DNA from: a virus
Length of the DNA stretch: 64,000 bases
Virus record (IMG/VR): IMGVR_UViG_3300005529_000023
Span: 64,001 to 128,000 of that record
Reading direction: 5' to 3' (one strand)
In this document: piece after piece, positions 10,198-19,096 of the stretch
Position numbering within the stretch: the first letter of the stretch is position 1
How the letters are laid out: every line of letters begins with the position of its first letter
Translations under genes and position numbers: made by a program
The notes under the pieces: model-generated
What the model was told of the DNA's origin: nothing
Databases searched by the model: none
What the model saw: the letters and a program-made list of their open reading frames with translations, nothing else

Positions 10198-10494
10198 TTA
10201 GTTAAAAACTTTGATTTCTGTGTTGTTATCAACATCGAGAAGCGCTTTTGCTTCTGCCGAATCTCTGGCTAGTCCCTTGTAGTTACCAACGTCGGCGGTC
10301 TCATCGTACATGGCTAGATCACCATCATACGTGATTGGCTCTAATACGAGGCCGTATTCGTACTTCACGACTGCGAAATAAGGAACCTTCACCATCAAAA
10401 TGATGTTCTCCCCGCTAGGTGAGTTTCTGCAATCATAGACTGCGAAAACAGTTTCCGATGCAGAGATAATGTTGATTGTTTCTCTATTGCTCAT
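10198..10494 (-). CDS. Hypothetical protein
   Basis: SD AAGGA, co-oriented ORF. Confidence 0.55.
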   Translation of the reverse strand: MSNRETINIISASETVFAVYDCRNSPSGENIILMVKVPYFAVVKYEYGLVLEPITYDGDLAMYDETADVGNYKGLARDSAEAKALLDVDNNTEIKVFN

Positions 10495-10513
10495 ATTATT
10501 CCTTTGACTCGAT

Positions 10514-11290
10514 CTACTTTTTTAGCGAGTCGCTGATTTGTTTTAGTGCTTGTTCAACAGATTCATTTGTTGGGTCTTTGACATAGGCAGATGGTCCGGC
10601 AGCCTTGATAGCTTTGGAAATCTTGCCTGCGCCTACCAAAAAGACTCTAGAAGATACCTTCGCAAGGCCGTTGATTACTTCTAGGGCAAAAGCGTCGTCG
10701 CCCGTGGGCAACAGAATTGGGGTTGTAGAACCTTTGTGGCCAGCGCTGATCGCCTTATTCGTAAGATTCTGAACTGCGTTGATAGCTACGATCTCTGGAC
10801 CAACGCGATCGTTAATGACCGTTCTAATAAAGGTCAGGAAATCTTCGTCTTTAGTGATCGTACGACGATACTTCTCATTGAAAAGGAGCTGATTGTACTC
10901 GGTGACATCGAGTTCGCCCATCTTCTCTTCGAGATGACGGCCAAGGATATCGTGAAGGGCTGTGTTGCTCTCGCGTTTGACATCTGAAACTTTTGTAATC
11001 CTATTGGCGAGATCCTTATAGAAACTCTCTGGATCATCAGAGAAACAACCGAAACTCTCTGTTGCCGTGGAAACGAATTCATTCCTCTTGTCACCGACGA
11101 CGAGGATGTAAGCAGCGGTCGTGCGAAGCTTGTTACGATAGTCTCTCTTGAGCCTCTTGAGGCTTTCGATTGCCTGCGCCTTGCGGCCACGACGAGCATT
11201 CAAAGTTTCGATGAACTTCGTTTCGTCGATGGTCTCTTCTGCGAGTGGCTGTACTTTCTTGATTTCTTCTAGGGTCGTGTTTAATGACAT
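10514..11290 (-). CDS. Hypothetical protein
   Basis: SD AAGGAG, 258-aa ORF. Confidence 0.65.
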   Translation of the reverse strand: MSLNTTLEEIKKVQPLAEETIDETKFIETLNARRGRKAQAIESLKRLKRDYRNKLRTTAAYILVVGDKRNEFVSTATESFGCFSDDPESFYKDLANRITKVSDVKRESNTALHDILGRHLEEKMGELDVTEYNQLLFNEKYRRTITKDEDFLTFIRTVINDRVGPEIVAINAVQNLTNKAISAGHKGSTTPILLPTGDDAFALEVINGLAKVSSRVFLVGAGKISKAIKAAGPSAYVKDPTNESVEQALKQISDSLKK

Positions 11291-11301
11291 GAGTTCTCTC
11301 C

Positions 11302-11454
11302 TTAAGTGCGGTCTTGTAAATGCTCACCTTGTAGAATGTGAGCCTTTTGTTCGTGGATTTCGTTCGCCACGTAGTTTTCAGCTTCTTCCAGGGAATCAAA
11401 TTCATCCCAGTACAGGTCAGCGCTCTCTGTCATGTAGACAACGATGAATTTCAT
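11302..11454 (-). CDS. Small hypothetical protein (50 aa, MKFIVVYMTES...), not in ORF track
   Basis: ATGA overlap with upstream stop; fills the intergenic gap; protein-like composition. Confidence 0.6.
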   Translation of the reverse strand: MKFIVVYMTESADLYWDEFDSLEEAENYVANEIHEQKAHILQGEHLQDRT

Positions 11455-11690
11455 TTTTCATACCCCAAGTATTTCCTCAAATCCCTGATCGTCTTAAAAC
11501 GCTTCTGGAATTCGGCAGCTTCTTTGTTGCCTTCGTAGGTATCTTGAAAACTTTTTTGTACGACCAGTTTACCATCTTCGGAGGAGAACTCAACGAAAAT
11601 TCGACCGGACATTTCGTTTTGCAGCACTTTGAGAGTTAGTTCTTTATCTAGCTTCTTTTTCTTGATTACTCTATTTTCAAAGTTCGCCAT
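11451..11690 (-). CDS. Hypothetical protein (probably leaderless)
   Basis: ORF preceded by TG-A-TATAGG-6nt-ATG. Confidence 0.6.
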   Translation of the reverse strand: MANFENRVIKKKKLDKELTLKVLQNEMSGRIFVEFSSEDGKLVVQKSFQDTYEGNKEAAEFQKRFKTIRDLRKYLGYEK

Positions 11691-11707
11691 TGTAGACCTA
11701 TATCACA
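11691..11707 (-). promoter_or_regulatory. Extended -10 promoter (TG-n-TATAGG), 6 nt before ATG
   Basis: TGTGATATAGGTCTACA-ATG; same geometry at six other loci. Confidence 0.5.
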
Positions 11708-12490
11708 TTACTTCGATTCAGAGACTATTTTTCCAGTCGCAATTGCAGTTGCCTGACTGGTGCCTGTCATCGTAATTCCATAAGCAGTAACATCCTCTCC
11801 AACTTCCCATCGAGTTACCCCGATACCATAGTTAGAAGTGGCCGAGCGGCACTGATCATTGGTTAGTTTGCACTTTGCTTTCTTTCGATTCCCGACCACA
11901 ACAATCCGTGGATCGTATACAGCTGGGTAGTAGTGGTTTTTAACAAGATCACTATGCTCATTTCCTGCAGCGGCAATAAACTTCCCGCCTTGATTCAGAA
12001 ATTTTTCAATAGCATTGTACTCTTCGAGATCAAAGTTGGGACCGCCACCAGAGTAGTTGATGAATTTAGCTTTGATGTTGGTCGCATACTTGACTGCACG
12101 AGTAAACGAATTCAAATTCTGCTGTCCGGTGTGTTTCTCAGAAAAGTACTTCAAAACGACAATGCAATAGTTCTTCTTCGGGCCGGCGTATTGGTCGATA
12201 ACTCCAACGATGTTGGTTCCATGGGAATTGAGATCCACTGGAATTGGATCTGCAGTACCGTAGTCTTTGGAAAATTTCTTATCAGCGCTAAAATCCTTAT
12301 GTCCGTATTTGCACAAATTTGCTTGGTGCCCTAAGTTCTGGAAGCCAAAGCCGGTATCGATAACTGCAACTGTTATTGGTCCTTCGCAATATGCGCTTGT
12401 GCCAAATAATCCCGTGAGGGATGTAAATAGGACTATTAGGGAAAATAGCTTCATTAAGGAAATAGTATCTACTCGCATAGACTGTGTCAA
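11708..12490 (-). CDS. Subtilisin-like (S8) serine protease with signal peptide
   Basis: VAVIDTG (Asp), HGTNIVGVI (His), AAAGNE (oxyanion Asn), GTSQAT (Ser); hydrophobic N-terminus. Confidence 0.88.
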   Translation of the reverse strand: MTQSMRVDTISLMKLFSLIVLFTSLTGLFGTSAYCEGPITVAVIDTGFGFQNLGHQANLCKYGHKDFSADKKFSKDYGTADPIPVDLNSHGTNIVGVIDQYAGPKKNYCIVVLKYFSEKHTGQQNLNSFTRAVKYATNIKAKFINYSGGGPNFDLEEYNAIEKFLNQGGKFIAAAGNEHSDLVKNHYYPAVYDPRIVVVGNRKKAKCKLTNDQCRSATSNYGIGVTRWEVGEDVTAYGITMTGTSQATAIATGKIVSESK

Positions 12491-15400
12491 GTCTCAACCA
12501 CCACGCCCTGAATGGACATGTCTTTTCTTCCGACTTTCTTTCTGAAGAAAACGGTGGCTATGCACCCTTTTTTAAACTCTTTCGGATAGACCAGTTGACC
12601 TGACTCGTACTCTGGCCACAAGACCTTTTCTGAGACATATCCATCGGCATCCAAAATGATCTTAAGTGCTCTTTTGGTTGGGTTCTTCTTGGGATATGAG
12701 AACTCTTCCGCTTTAACCACGAAACAAGTCGCGGCTACGTAGAAGTCCTTGGGAACGCTTTCTCCTGGGATCTCATCGATCCTCTTGAGTCTTTCGCCGT
12801 CCACCAGGCGAGTCTCATAACCGTTCAAACTAGTAACCGAGGGGATGATAGGGTTGCCAGTTTTCACTTTGGAGAACTTAAGTCCCAAAGCGTGCATGTC
12901 GATTGGTAGACTAGGAAGCACGGACTTTCTCATCGCAGCATCCTTGATCGGATGGAGATTCACATACTCCTCGGGGATGATTCCTTCCTTAGGAGAAGTG
13001 GATCTAACTTTCTTTCCTTCCTTAGCGGCCTTTTCGAGTTTGTCAGAGAACTTCTTCTTCTCAGCCGCATCCTCAAACATCTTCAGCTTCTCAAGCAGGT
13101 TCGTATTTGGAGGGAACAAACTGTCTAGGACACCAACATGAATTAACTTATGCGATAGAGCTGGACCAGCCACGTCTTTGTTGACGAAGTCCTGGATATC
13201 CTTGTAGGGCCTATTTTCTACGATCGGAGCAATGGTGTTCTCGCCGATACCGCGAATCACCCCTAGCTTTGAACGAATCTTGCTATGGGCATAGTCCACC
13301 GCCATGATGTCACTCGACAGATTGATGTCTGGAGGAAACACCTTGTCCTTAACGAAGGGCCAAAAGGTTCCCGTGATCTCTTGCTCTTCTGCGTTCGTGA
13401 GTACTGCAGCCCACCATTCTAGTGGATAGAAATGCTTCAGGAACATGCAGGCAAAGGTAATGTGCGCGTACTCGACGGCATGAATGATGGAGAAGCCGTA
13501 TCGACCGAAGGTCACCATTCGATCCCAAATGGCCTCTGCCGCTTCTACTCCGATCCTTTGCTTGGCACCTTCCATGAACTCTGGCTTCATATCCATGAGT
13601 TCTTTCATCTTCTTTTTGGCCATGTTCTTACGAAGTACTTCGGCTTTGGGACCAGGGAAGCCGGCTAGGTCACGCGCGATCTTGTTCAGCTGCTCTTGGA
13701 ACGTAATAATGCCGTAAGTCTCTGGTAGGAGTTCTGCAAGCTCTTTAATGTCCTGCTTGCCAGCGCCCTTACGACGTTCAATGTACTCGTCCACCATGTT
13801 ACGGCCAGTTTCTTCATCAACGAAATCCATAGGACCAGGACGAACAAGAGCCAAGATAGTTGCAAGGTCCATAATGCTAGTCGGGCAAATTTGCATAACA
13901 TAGGGAATCATCGATTTAGTGTTGATTTGGAAAATCGTCTCAGTCGATCCGCCCCACGTACTTTTGAACACTTCTGGAAGTTCTGGGAGATCCCAAATAT
14001 AGGTTGGAGTACCGTTGTGGGTGAAATACCCTACGGATTGCTTTTCTTTATGCTTCTTGTTGATCAGATCTAGGCACAAACGAATATCACGAAGCTGATG
14101 GATCACGAGGAAGTCGTACTTGATCAGGCCAGCAGCCTCACATTCTTTGGCCTCGTACTGGGTGACGTTGCCGTCTTTGACTGGAACGATGTCCTTAATC
14201 GGAACGTCCGAAAGAACGAATGCTGAAGCATGCTTCGAGAAGGCACGGGTGAGACCCATCGCCTTACTGACAATAGCCCACTCTTCTGGTCGGGCTTCCG
14301 CATATTTCTTCAGGTCATCGGAAGTCTCAAATAGGCCAGAAATGTGCTCACCGTCGCTGTCTTCATATCCAAAGACGAACTGGTGATCGTTAACGCCCTG
14401 TGGAGGCGCTGGCAGCCCTTTAGAGAAGACTTGGATGTCGTCCTCTACCTTGCCCTTGAAGTAACGATTCGTGTCAAGGATGGCACTCTTGAGGCGTATA
14501 GTGGTGCGTGTAGAGATCTGTGCGGCCCTGTCGCCGTACTTCCCATACAAGTAGCCCGAATGAGTATCCTCGCCGACAAGGAGAGTTCTCTCTTCCAAGT
14601 CCACGTCGATGTCGGGAAGCTCATTCCCCATAATACGATCTAAAGAGAAGAATCTCTGGAAGGGCAGATCGTACTTAAAGGGATCAATTTGAGTAATTCC
14701 AAGTAGATAGCAGAATAGTGAGCCTCCTGCAGAACCTCGGCCAGGGCCAACGAGAAGCCCATTTTCGGTGTAGTGATTCAAAACGCTGCGAATGGGAAGG
14801 AAGTATGGAGTCAGATCCTTCTTTGGGTTTTTCGCAATGACTTCGAGTTCTTCTCTGAGACGTGCGACATATTTTGGATCGTCCCACTTCATGCGACCAT
14901 TCTGGCGAATGATCTCCATAGCCTGCTTAAGAGGATCGGCACCAGAATCAGCGAGACGCCATTCGTACTTGAGAACCAAACCATCAAAGCGAGCGGCCCA
15001 AGCTTCGTTGTTTTTGTAGAAATCCCACTCTTCTGTCGTCGAGACGCCAAGAGTATGGATTAGATACTGGCTGATCTCCTCGGCGTCTTTCATGTGGAGG
15101 TTCGGCTGGAGTTTGTTGGTTCCTTCCAAGCGCATAGTCTGAACTATCTTATCGTCTTTATTGGCATAATAAGCGTAGTCGCTTACGAGGCTCATCAGAC
15201 CATGCTTTTTGGACAATGCCTTCAAAAATTTATTGATCTTGAGAGTAACGTCGCCACCAGGAAGAGGGAGAAAGCCTTTATGGAGCTTCACTTCCTTGAT
15301 TTCTTTGTTCACGTCTTTGTAGGTGTTGTTTGCATTCAAGGACTTCACTAGTAGGTGACCGGACTTCTCATATAAGTCGAGCGCCTTGATTCTACGAGCC

Positions 15401-16035
15401 CGATTGGTCGTAACAAAGTCATTCGAGAGACAAACATCCTTGGAGCCATCCAAGTAAATGATCTCAATGAGGCTGTTGTACTTCTTCGTCCAAGGTTCAC
15501 AGATTATCGATGTATAGAGGCGATCCTTGAAGAAGTGATGAAGCTGATTCAGAACTCTCTCTGCGAGGTCTGGAGCACCAGCAAGCATGACTTTTCCAAC
15601 CATGCAATGTACACCTCCCAAAACGAGATTGGTCTTGAACTTGGCCATATGCTCAAGCTCTTTCCAAGTCCATAGCTGCTGCTTTTCTTCGTAGATATCA
15701 ATCGTAGCCATGTCAGTGCGGCTGACAAGACGGCAGAGTTCCTTGTAAGCTTCGGCATCTTCGCAATACAAAGTCGCAGTGAAGTACTTACAGCGATTGG
15801 CCGAGGTATTTCCGATGATTGGGCAAGAAGAATCCTTAAAGTAGAACTCAATACCTGGAATGAACTTGAGTCCAGCCTTCTTCACCTTGGTATAAGTCTT
15901 AAGGCATGAAGACAAGTGCCCATGGTCGGTATACGCAAAGTGCGTGCGACCTAATTCCTTAGCTCTCTTGATTAAATTATCAATCGTGCTGCCGGTAAGC
16001 GGACTTTCGCAGTGAGTATGTGGACTAACTTTCAT
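12487..16035 (-). CDS. dnaE: DNA polymerase III alpha subunit (family C, DnaE-type)
   Basis: PHP motifs HTH and TDHG, GPGRGSAGGSL, PDIDVD, SKHASA, KYDFL, RPGP, FQEQ, SKLGVIRGIG. Confidence 0.95.
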   Translation of the reverse strand: MKVSPHTHCESPLTGSTIDNLIKRAKELGRTHFAYTDHGHLSSCLKTYTKVKKAGLKFIPGIEFYFKDSSCPIIGNTSANRCKYFTATLYCEDAEAYKELCRLVSRTDMATIDIYEEKQQLWTWKELEHMAKFKTNLVLGGVHCMVGKVMLAGAPDLAERVLNQLHHFFKDRLYTSIICEPWTKKYNSLIEIIYLDGSKDVCLSNDFVTTNRARRIKALDLYEKSGHLLVKSLNANNTYKDVNKEIKEVKLHKGFLPLPGGDVTLKINKFLKALSKKHGLMSLVSDYAYYANKDDKIVQTMRLEGTNKLQPNLHMKDAEEISQYLIHTLGVSTTEEWDFYKNNEAWAARFDGLVLKYEWRLADSGADPLKQAMEIIRQNGRMKWDDPKYVARLREELEVIAKNPKKDLTPYFLPIRSVLNHYTENGLLVGPGRGSAGGSLFCYLLGITQIDPFKYDLPFQRFFSLDRIMGNELPDIDVDLEERTLLVGEDTHSGYLYGKYGDRAAQISTRTTIRLKSAILDTNRYFKGKVEDDIQVFSKGLPAPPQGVNDHQFVFGYEDSDGEHISGLFETSDDLKKYAEARPEEWAIVSKAMGLTRAFSKHASAFVLSDVPIKDIVPVKDGNVTQYEAKECEAAGLIKYDFLVIHQLRDIRLCLDLINKKHKEKQSVGYFTHNGTPTYIWDLPELPEVFKSTWGGSTETIFQINTKSMIPYVMQICPTSIMDLATILALVRPGPMDFVDEETGRNMVDEYIERRKGAGKQDIKELAELLPETYGIITFQEQLNKIARDLAGFPGPKAEVLRKNMAKKKMKELMDMKPEFMEGAKQRIGVEAAEAIWDRMVTFGRYGFSIIHAVEYAHITFACMFLKHFYPLEWWAAVLTNAEEQEITGTFWPFVKDKVFPPDINLSSDIMAVDYAHSKIRSKLGVIRGIGENTIAPIVENRPYKDIQDFVNKDVAGPALSHKLIHVGVLDSLFPPNTNLLEKLKMFEDAAEKKKFSDKLEKAAKEGKKVRSTSPKEGIIPEEYVNLHPIKDAAMRKSVLPSLPIDMHALGLKFSKVKTGNPIIPSVTSLNGYETRLVDGERLKRIDEIPGESVPKDFYVAATCFVVKAEEFSYPKKNPTKRALKIILDADGYVSEKVLWPEYESGQLVYPKEFKKGCIATVFFRKKVGRKDMSIQGVVVET

Positions 16036-16424
16036 GGAATTCCTTGCATAATGGGCTGGGGCCTGGCGTTACACTTCTTACAGTACGTAAACGTATCGAT
16101 GAGACCAACATATTGATCCCATTCATGTACACAGTTTTGTGGGGTTAGAAGTGCATTTCCAAAATCAATTTTTTGACATTCTTCTTTGCCATCGCTGCGT
16201 TTCACAAACCAAGGCGTAATATCTGGCGGTAAACCACCATCGGGGATATCCCTGAATGCGTCAGAACTTACAAACATGTACTGAAGCAAGGAGGAAGGAT
16301 CTTGGGTAAATCCCAAAATTTTAGTGTCAGGAGGCATTTTCTTCATCATATCGCAAAACAAACTGGCTTTCATGCCATTGCTTTGTAAGAAAGCCACACT
16401 GAAGCCTAATCGAGCGTATTTCAC
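16032..16424 (-). CDS. Hypothetical protein with C-terminal CxH...CxxC
   Basis: Overlapping ORF in operon. Confidence 0.55.
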   Translation of the reverse strand: MKYARLGFSVAFLQSNGMKASLFCDMMKKMPPDTKILGFTQDPSSLLQYMFVSSDAFRDIPDGGLPPDITPWFVKRSDGKEECQKIDFGNALLTPQNCVHEWDQYVGLIDTFTYCKKCNARPQPIMQGIP

Positions 16425-17056
16425 TCGGCCTCCAAAAGAGAAATCAAGTCTTGAGACTGACCGCCATCCTTCTTAGATTTCATGATCTCCAGATACTTTT
16501 TGTACACATCAACAGTCATAAGCGTATCTTCTTTGGCGTTGTGTGCCGCTCTCTTTGGAAGCTGCAGGTATTCAACGATAGAACCAAGAGTTCCGAGTTC
16601 CTTGGGAAACCATCCAGCGTCCTTGAAGAAGTCGCAGATTGTCTTGGTATCGATCTTTCCATAGTGAATCATGCTATCCCACTGATCACGAGGAATAAGG
16701 TGTTGATGAGTCCAGTCGATATCGAACTGCACGTTTTGGCCAAGGGGACGAATGTTGCTGTAGCGCCCATTCTTCTTCAGATAGCGCCTTACCATTCCGA
16801 TGATCTTCTCTCGTCCAGCGGAGTAGGGAATGGTCTCGGGATCTGCTAGGTGTGCAGCGATATTGATACCGTTCACTCTCAATGCACCGGCTTCAGCAAT
16901 AGGCATTCTGTCGCCATCTGGCTTCAACTTTAGATAAAGTTCTTCAATGAGCTTGAATTCTTCGTCGAGAATAGCTCCATACCAAGTAAGGAGATCGGCA
17001 GTTGCTGGATTGAGTCCACCAGTTTCAGAGTCAAAAGCGAGATAAAATTGAGCCAT
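16421..17056 (-). CDS. DEDDh 3'-5' exonuclease (DnaQ/epsilon-like)
   Basis: FDSETGG, QNVQFD, HNAKED motifs; two genes upstream of dnaE. Confidence 0.85.
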   Translation of the reverse strand: MAQFYLAFDSETGGLNPATADLLTWYGAILDEEFKLIEELYLKLKPDGDRMPIAEAGALRVNGINIAAHLADPETIPYSAGREKIIGMVRRYLKKNGRYSNIRPLGQNVQFDIDWTHQHLIPRDQWDSMIHYGKIDTKTICDFFKDAGWFPKELGTLGSIVEYLQLPKRAAHNAKEDTLMTVDVYKKYLEIMKSKKDGGQSQDLISLLEAE

Positions 17057-17340
17057 TATGGTGCGTTCCTTAAATCGTAAAAGGGTTTTGCGCGTTCCTC
17101 TACCAGAATTTCAGTACAAATATCACCGCATTCATCGCAGATAGATACGCAAGGTCCAACAATGAGTTGCCGTACCTCTTTATTGTTCTTGCCGCAAAAA
17201 GAGCAAATGAACATAAAAGTAGGTTGATGTATTTTCCCGATTTCTTCGTTGAGAAGTTTTTCAAACTCTTCTTTTGGTAACTTTTTAAGTTCTTCGAGAA
17301 CTTCTAGGGCGGCTTTTTGTACAGCGGGCGAATTGCTCAT
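17056..17340 (-). CDS. Stand-alone ClpX C4-type zinc-finger domain protein
   Basis: [30 protein letters not shown] closely matches the ClpX N-domain. Confidence 0.85.
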   Translation of the reverse strand: MSNSPAVQKAALEVLEELKKLPKEEFEKLLNEEIGKIHQPTFMFICSFCGKNNKEVRQLIVGPCVSICDECGDICTEILVEERAKPFYDLRNAP

Positions 17341-17981
17341 CGAGACTTTTCCTCTCGGACTTCAAGAGCGCTGCCCCGAGATCCGTGAATTCCTCTATCG
17401 TAGTTTTCTACAATATTAGTCTCAAGATCGACAATTTTCAAGCAATTTTTGTACCAAACGCAAATAACGCCTGATTTCTTAGCTCCGATAAGAGTCTTGC
17501 CTTCTAAAATCGCTTCTGCTTTATCTCTCTTACTGCTCGCGCCAGTCCTGGCCTCATTGGCTAGTTTGTCGCAGCGTTCATTGTGCTCATCGCCTGTGTG
17601 ACCGCGAACATGTCTGAACTTCACACCTAGACGAGCTACCAGGAACTTGAGCTGATGATACTTTTCGATCTTATCTTGTTGCTTAAACCTGTAGCGACCA
17701 GATGCCCAACCAAGGACAAGTTCGCTATCGGAAACAAGAAAGGTTTCTGCCTTAGCTACTTGTTCAAGAGTACAGACTCGCGGAGCAGTTTCTCCAAGCC
17801 ACTTGAGGACAGAGGCAAGTCCTTGGATAGCAGCTTCCATCTCGGCGTCATTATTGGAGGCACCTTCCATGTGACCACAACACTCAGCTATCTTGATGTT
17901 GTCTACTACCATGACATATGCCCAACCGCCTGGCTTGTCCGCAGTTGTAGCGCTACCGTCTGTGTAGACTTCAATCTTCAC
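17337..17981 (-). CDS. rnhA: Ribonuclease HI
   Basis: [34 protein letters not shown]. Confidence 0.92.
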   Translation of the reverse strand: MKIEVYTDGSATTADKPGGWAYVMVVDNIKIAECCGHMEGASNNDAEMEAAIQGLASVLKWLGETAPRVCTLEQVAKAETFLVSDSELVLGWASGRYRFKQQDKIEKYHQLKFLVARLGVKFRHVRGHTGDEHNERCDKLANEARTGASSKRDKAEAILEGKTLIGAKKSGVICVWYKNCLKIVDLETNIVENYDRGIHGSRGSALEVREEKSR

Positions 17982-18289
17982 AAGGAACCCTTTCTAATGA
18001 TCTCTTTGTAATGCCTAAGATTCGCAAGATATAGGCTGTTATCGCCATATTCTTCGGCGTCCCTTTCAAGAGCCATAATGAGAAGGTCTGTGTTCCCCTG
18101 ACATTTGAGAGCATAAAAAGCGAGTCTCACAGCGGGATTCTGCCAATCACCGATGAATTTGGTAGTGTAATTGTCTTTTTGATTACCCACCATGCAAAGA
18201 AAGGGCATATCCCTTTCGTTACACTTCTTAGCTAGATCCGCGAGTACAGGAGCAACATGCTCGTCATAGAATTGCTCATTCGGGTTCAT
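17978..18289 (-). CDS. Hypothetical protein
   Basis: Overlapping ORF in operon. Confidence 0.6.
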   Translation of the reverse strand: MNPNEQFYDEHVAPVLADLAKKCNERDMPFLCMVGNQKDNYTTKFIGDWQNPAVRLAFYALKCQGNTDLLIMALERDAEEYGDNSLYLANLRHYKEIIRKGSL

Positions 18290-18497
18290 GAAGACGAACT
18301 TTCTCTTTAGGTTGTAAAATTGATTTTCTTCCTAGGACAAGTTCTAGTCCTCCAATGAGGTAAGAAACTTCTTCATTTGTGAGATATAAAACATCCCAAT
18401 CGTGCTCATATTCAATGAGAAAATCGACACCGCTTCCATCTTCCCTTTTGGTAAGAGTGATAGCTTTGCCATCGCAGTGGATAGTGATTTTATTCAT
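18276..18497 (-). CDS. Hypothetical protein
   Basis: Overlapping ORF in operon. Confidence 0.5.
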   Translation of the reverse strand: MNKITIHCDGKAITLTKREDGSGVDFLIEYEHDWDVLYLTNEEVSYLIGGLELVLGRKSILQPKEKVRLHEPE

Positions 18498-18711
18498 TTT
18501 CTATCATGTCCTTTCTAAGCAACTTGATAGCGTCTTCGTAAATGGCATGAACCTCTTCTTCAGGGATCATCAGCAATCGCGCTATCACGCTATCTTCTAC
18601 GCCTTCAGGATTTTTTGCAACAAATTTCGATAAGGAATTAGAACATTTTGGACAACGGATGTAGTCCTCTTCCTCACGAACTCGCTTTTGCAGTTCGTCT
18701 TTGTCAGTCAT
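18490..18711 (-). CDS. Small protein resembling sigma-70 region 4.2 HTH
   Basis: SD GGAGG; VEDSVIARLLMIPEEEVHAIYEDAIKLLRK aligns by eye with [28 protein letters not shown]. Confidence 0.5.
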   Translation of the reverse strand: MTDKDELQKRVREEEDYIRCPKCSNSLSKFVAKNPEGVEDSVIARLLMIPEEEVHAIYEDAIKLLRKDMIENE

Positions 18712-19084
18712 CTTTCCTCCCGAAATTCGCATGAAGCACATTGTCGTCTCCCTTTTTGAGCTTCTCGATCTCTTCCTTGATCTTAGCTACAGATGCCTCT
18801 ACTTCAGCCTTCGCTTTATGATAGTGCGCTCTATCGTTCTGTAGAGCGGTCGCCCTTAGTCTGGTTTTCTTCAGATCTTCTTTGGCCTTCTTGTACTCCG
18901 AAGCAATGGGAATAGTGCTGCTATTTTTCAAGCACTTTAGATTTTCTTCTAGAGTGTCTTCTAAGTTGGAAAGAGTATCTAACTCTTTATCCAGGCCAAC
19001 AATAGATGAATGGACCGTATGTAGCCTGATCTCCGCGTCCTTGACGGCACGGTCCAACTTCGCCAGATCTTCTAGCCTTCCCAC
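18704..19084 (-). CDS. Coiled-coil hypothetical protein
   Basis: Heptad-rich ORF. Confidence 0.6.
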   Translation of the reverse strand: MGRLEDLAKLDRAVKDAEIRLHTVHSSIVGLDKELDTLSNLEDTLEENLKCLKNSSTIPIASEYKKAKEDLKKTRLRATALQNDRAHYHKAKAEVEASVAKIKEEIEKLKKGDDNVLHANFGRKDD

Positions 19085-19096
19085 TGATGCTCCAAG

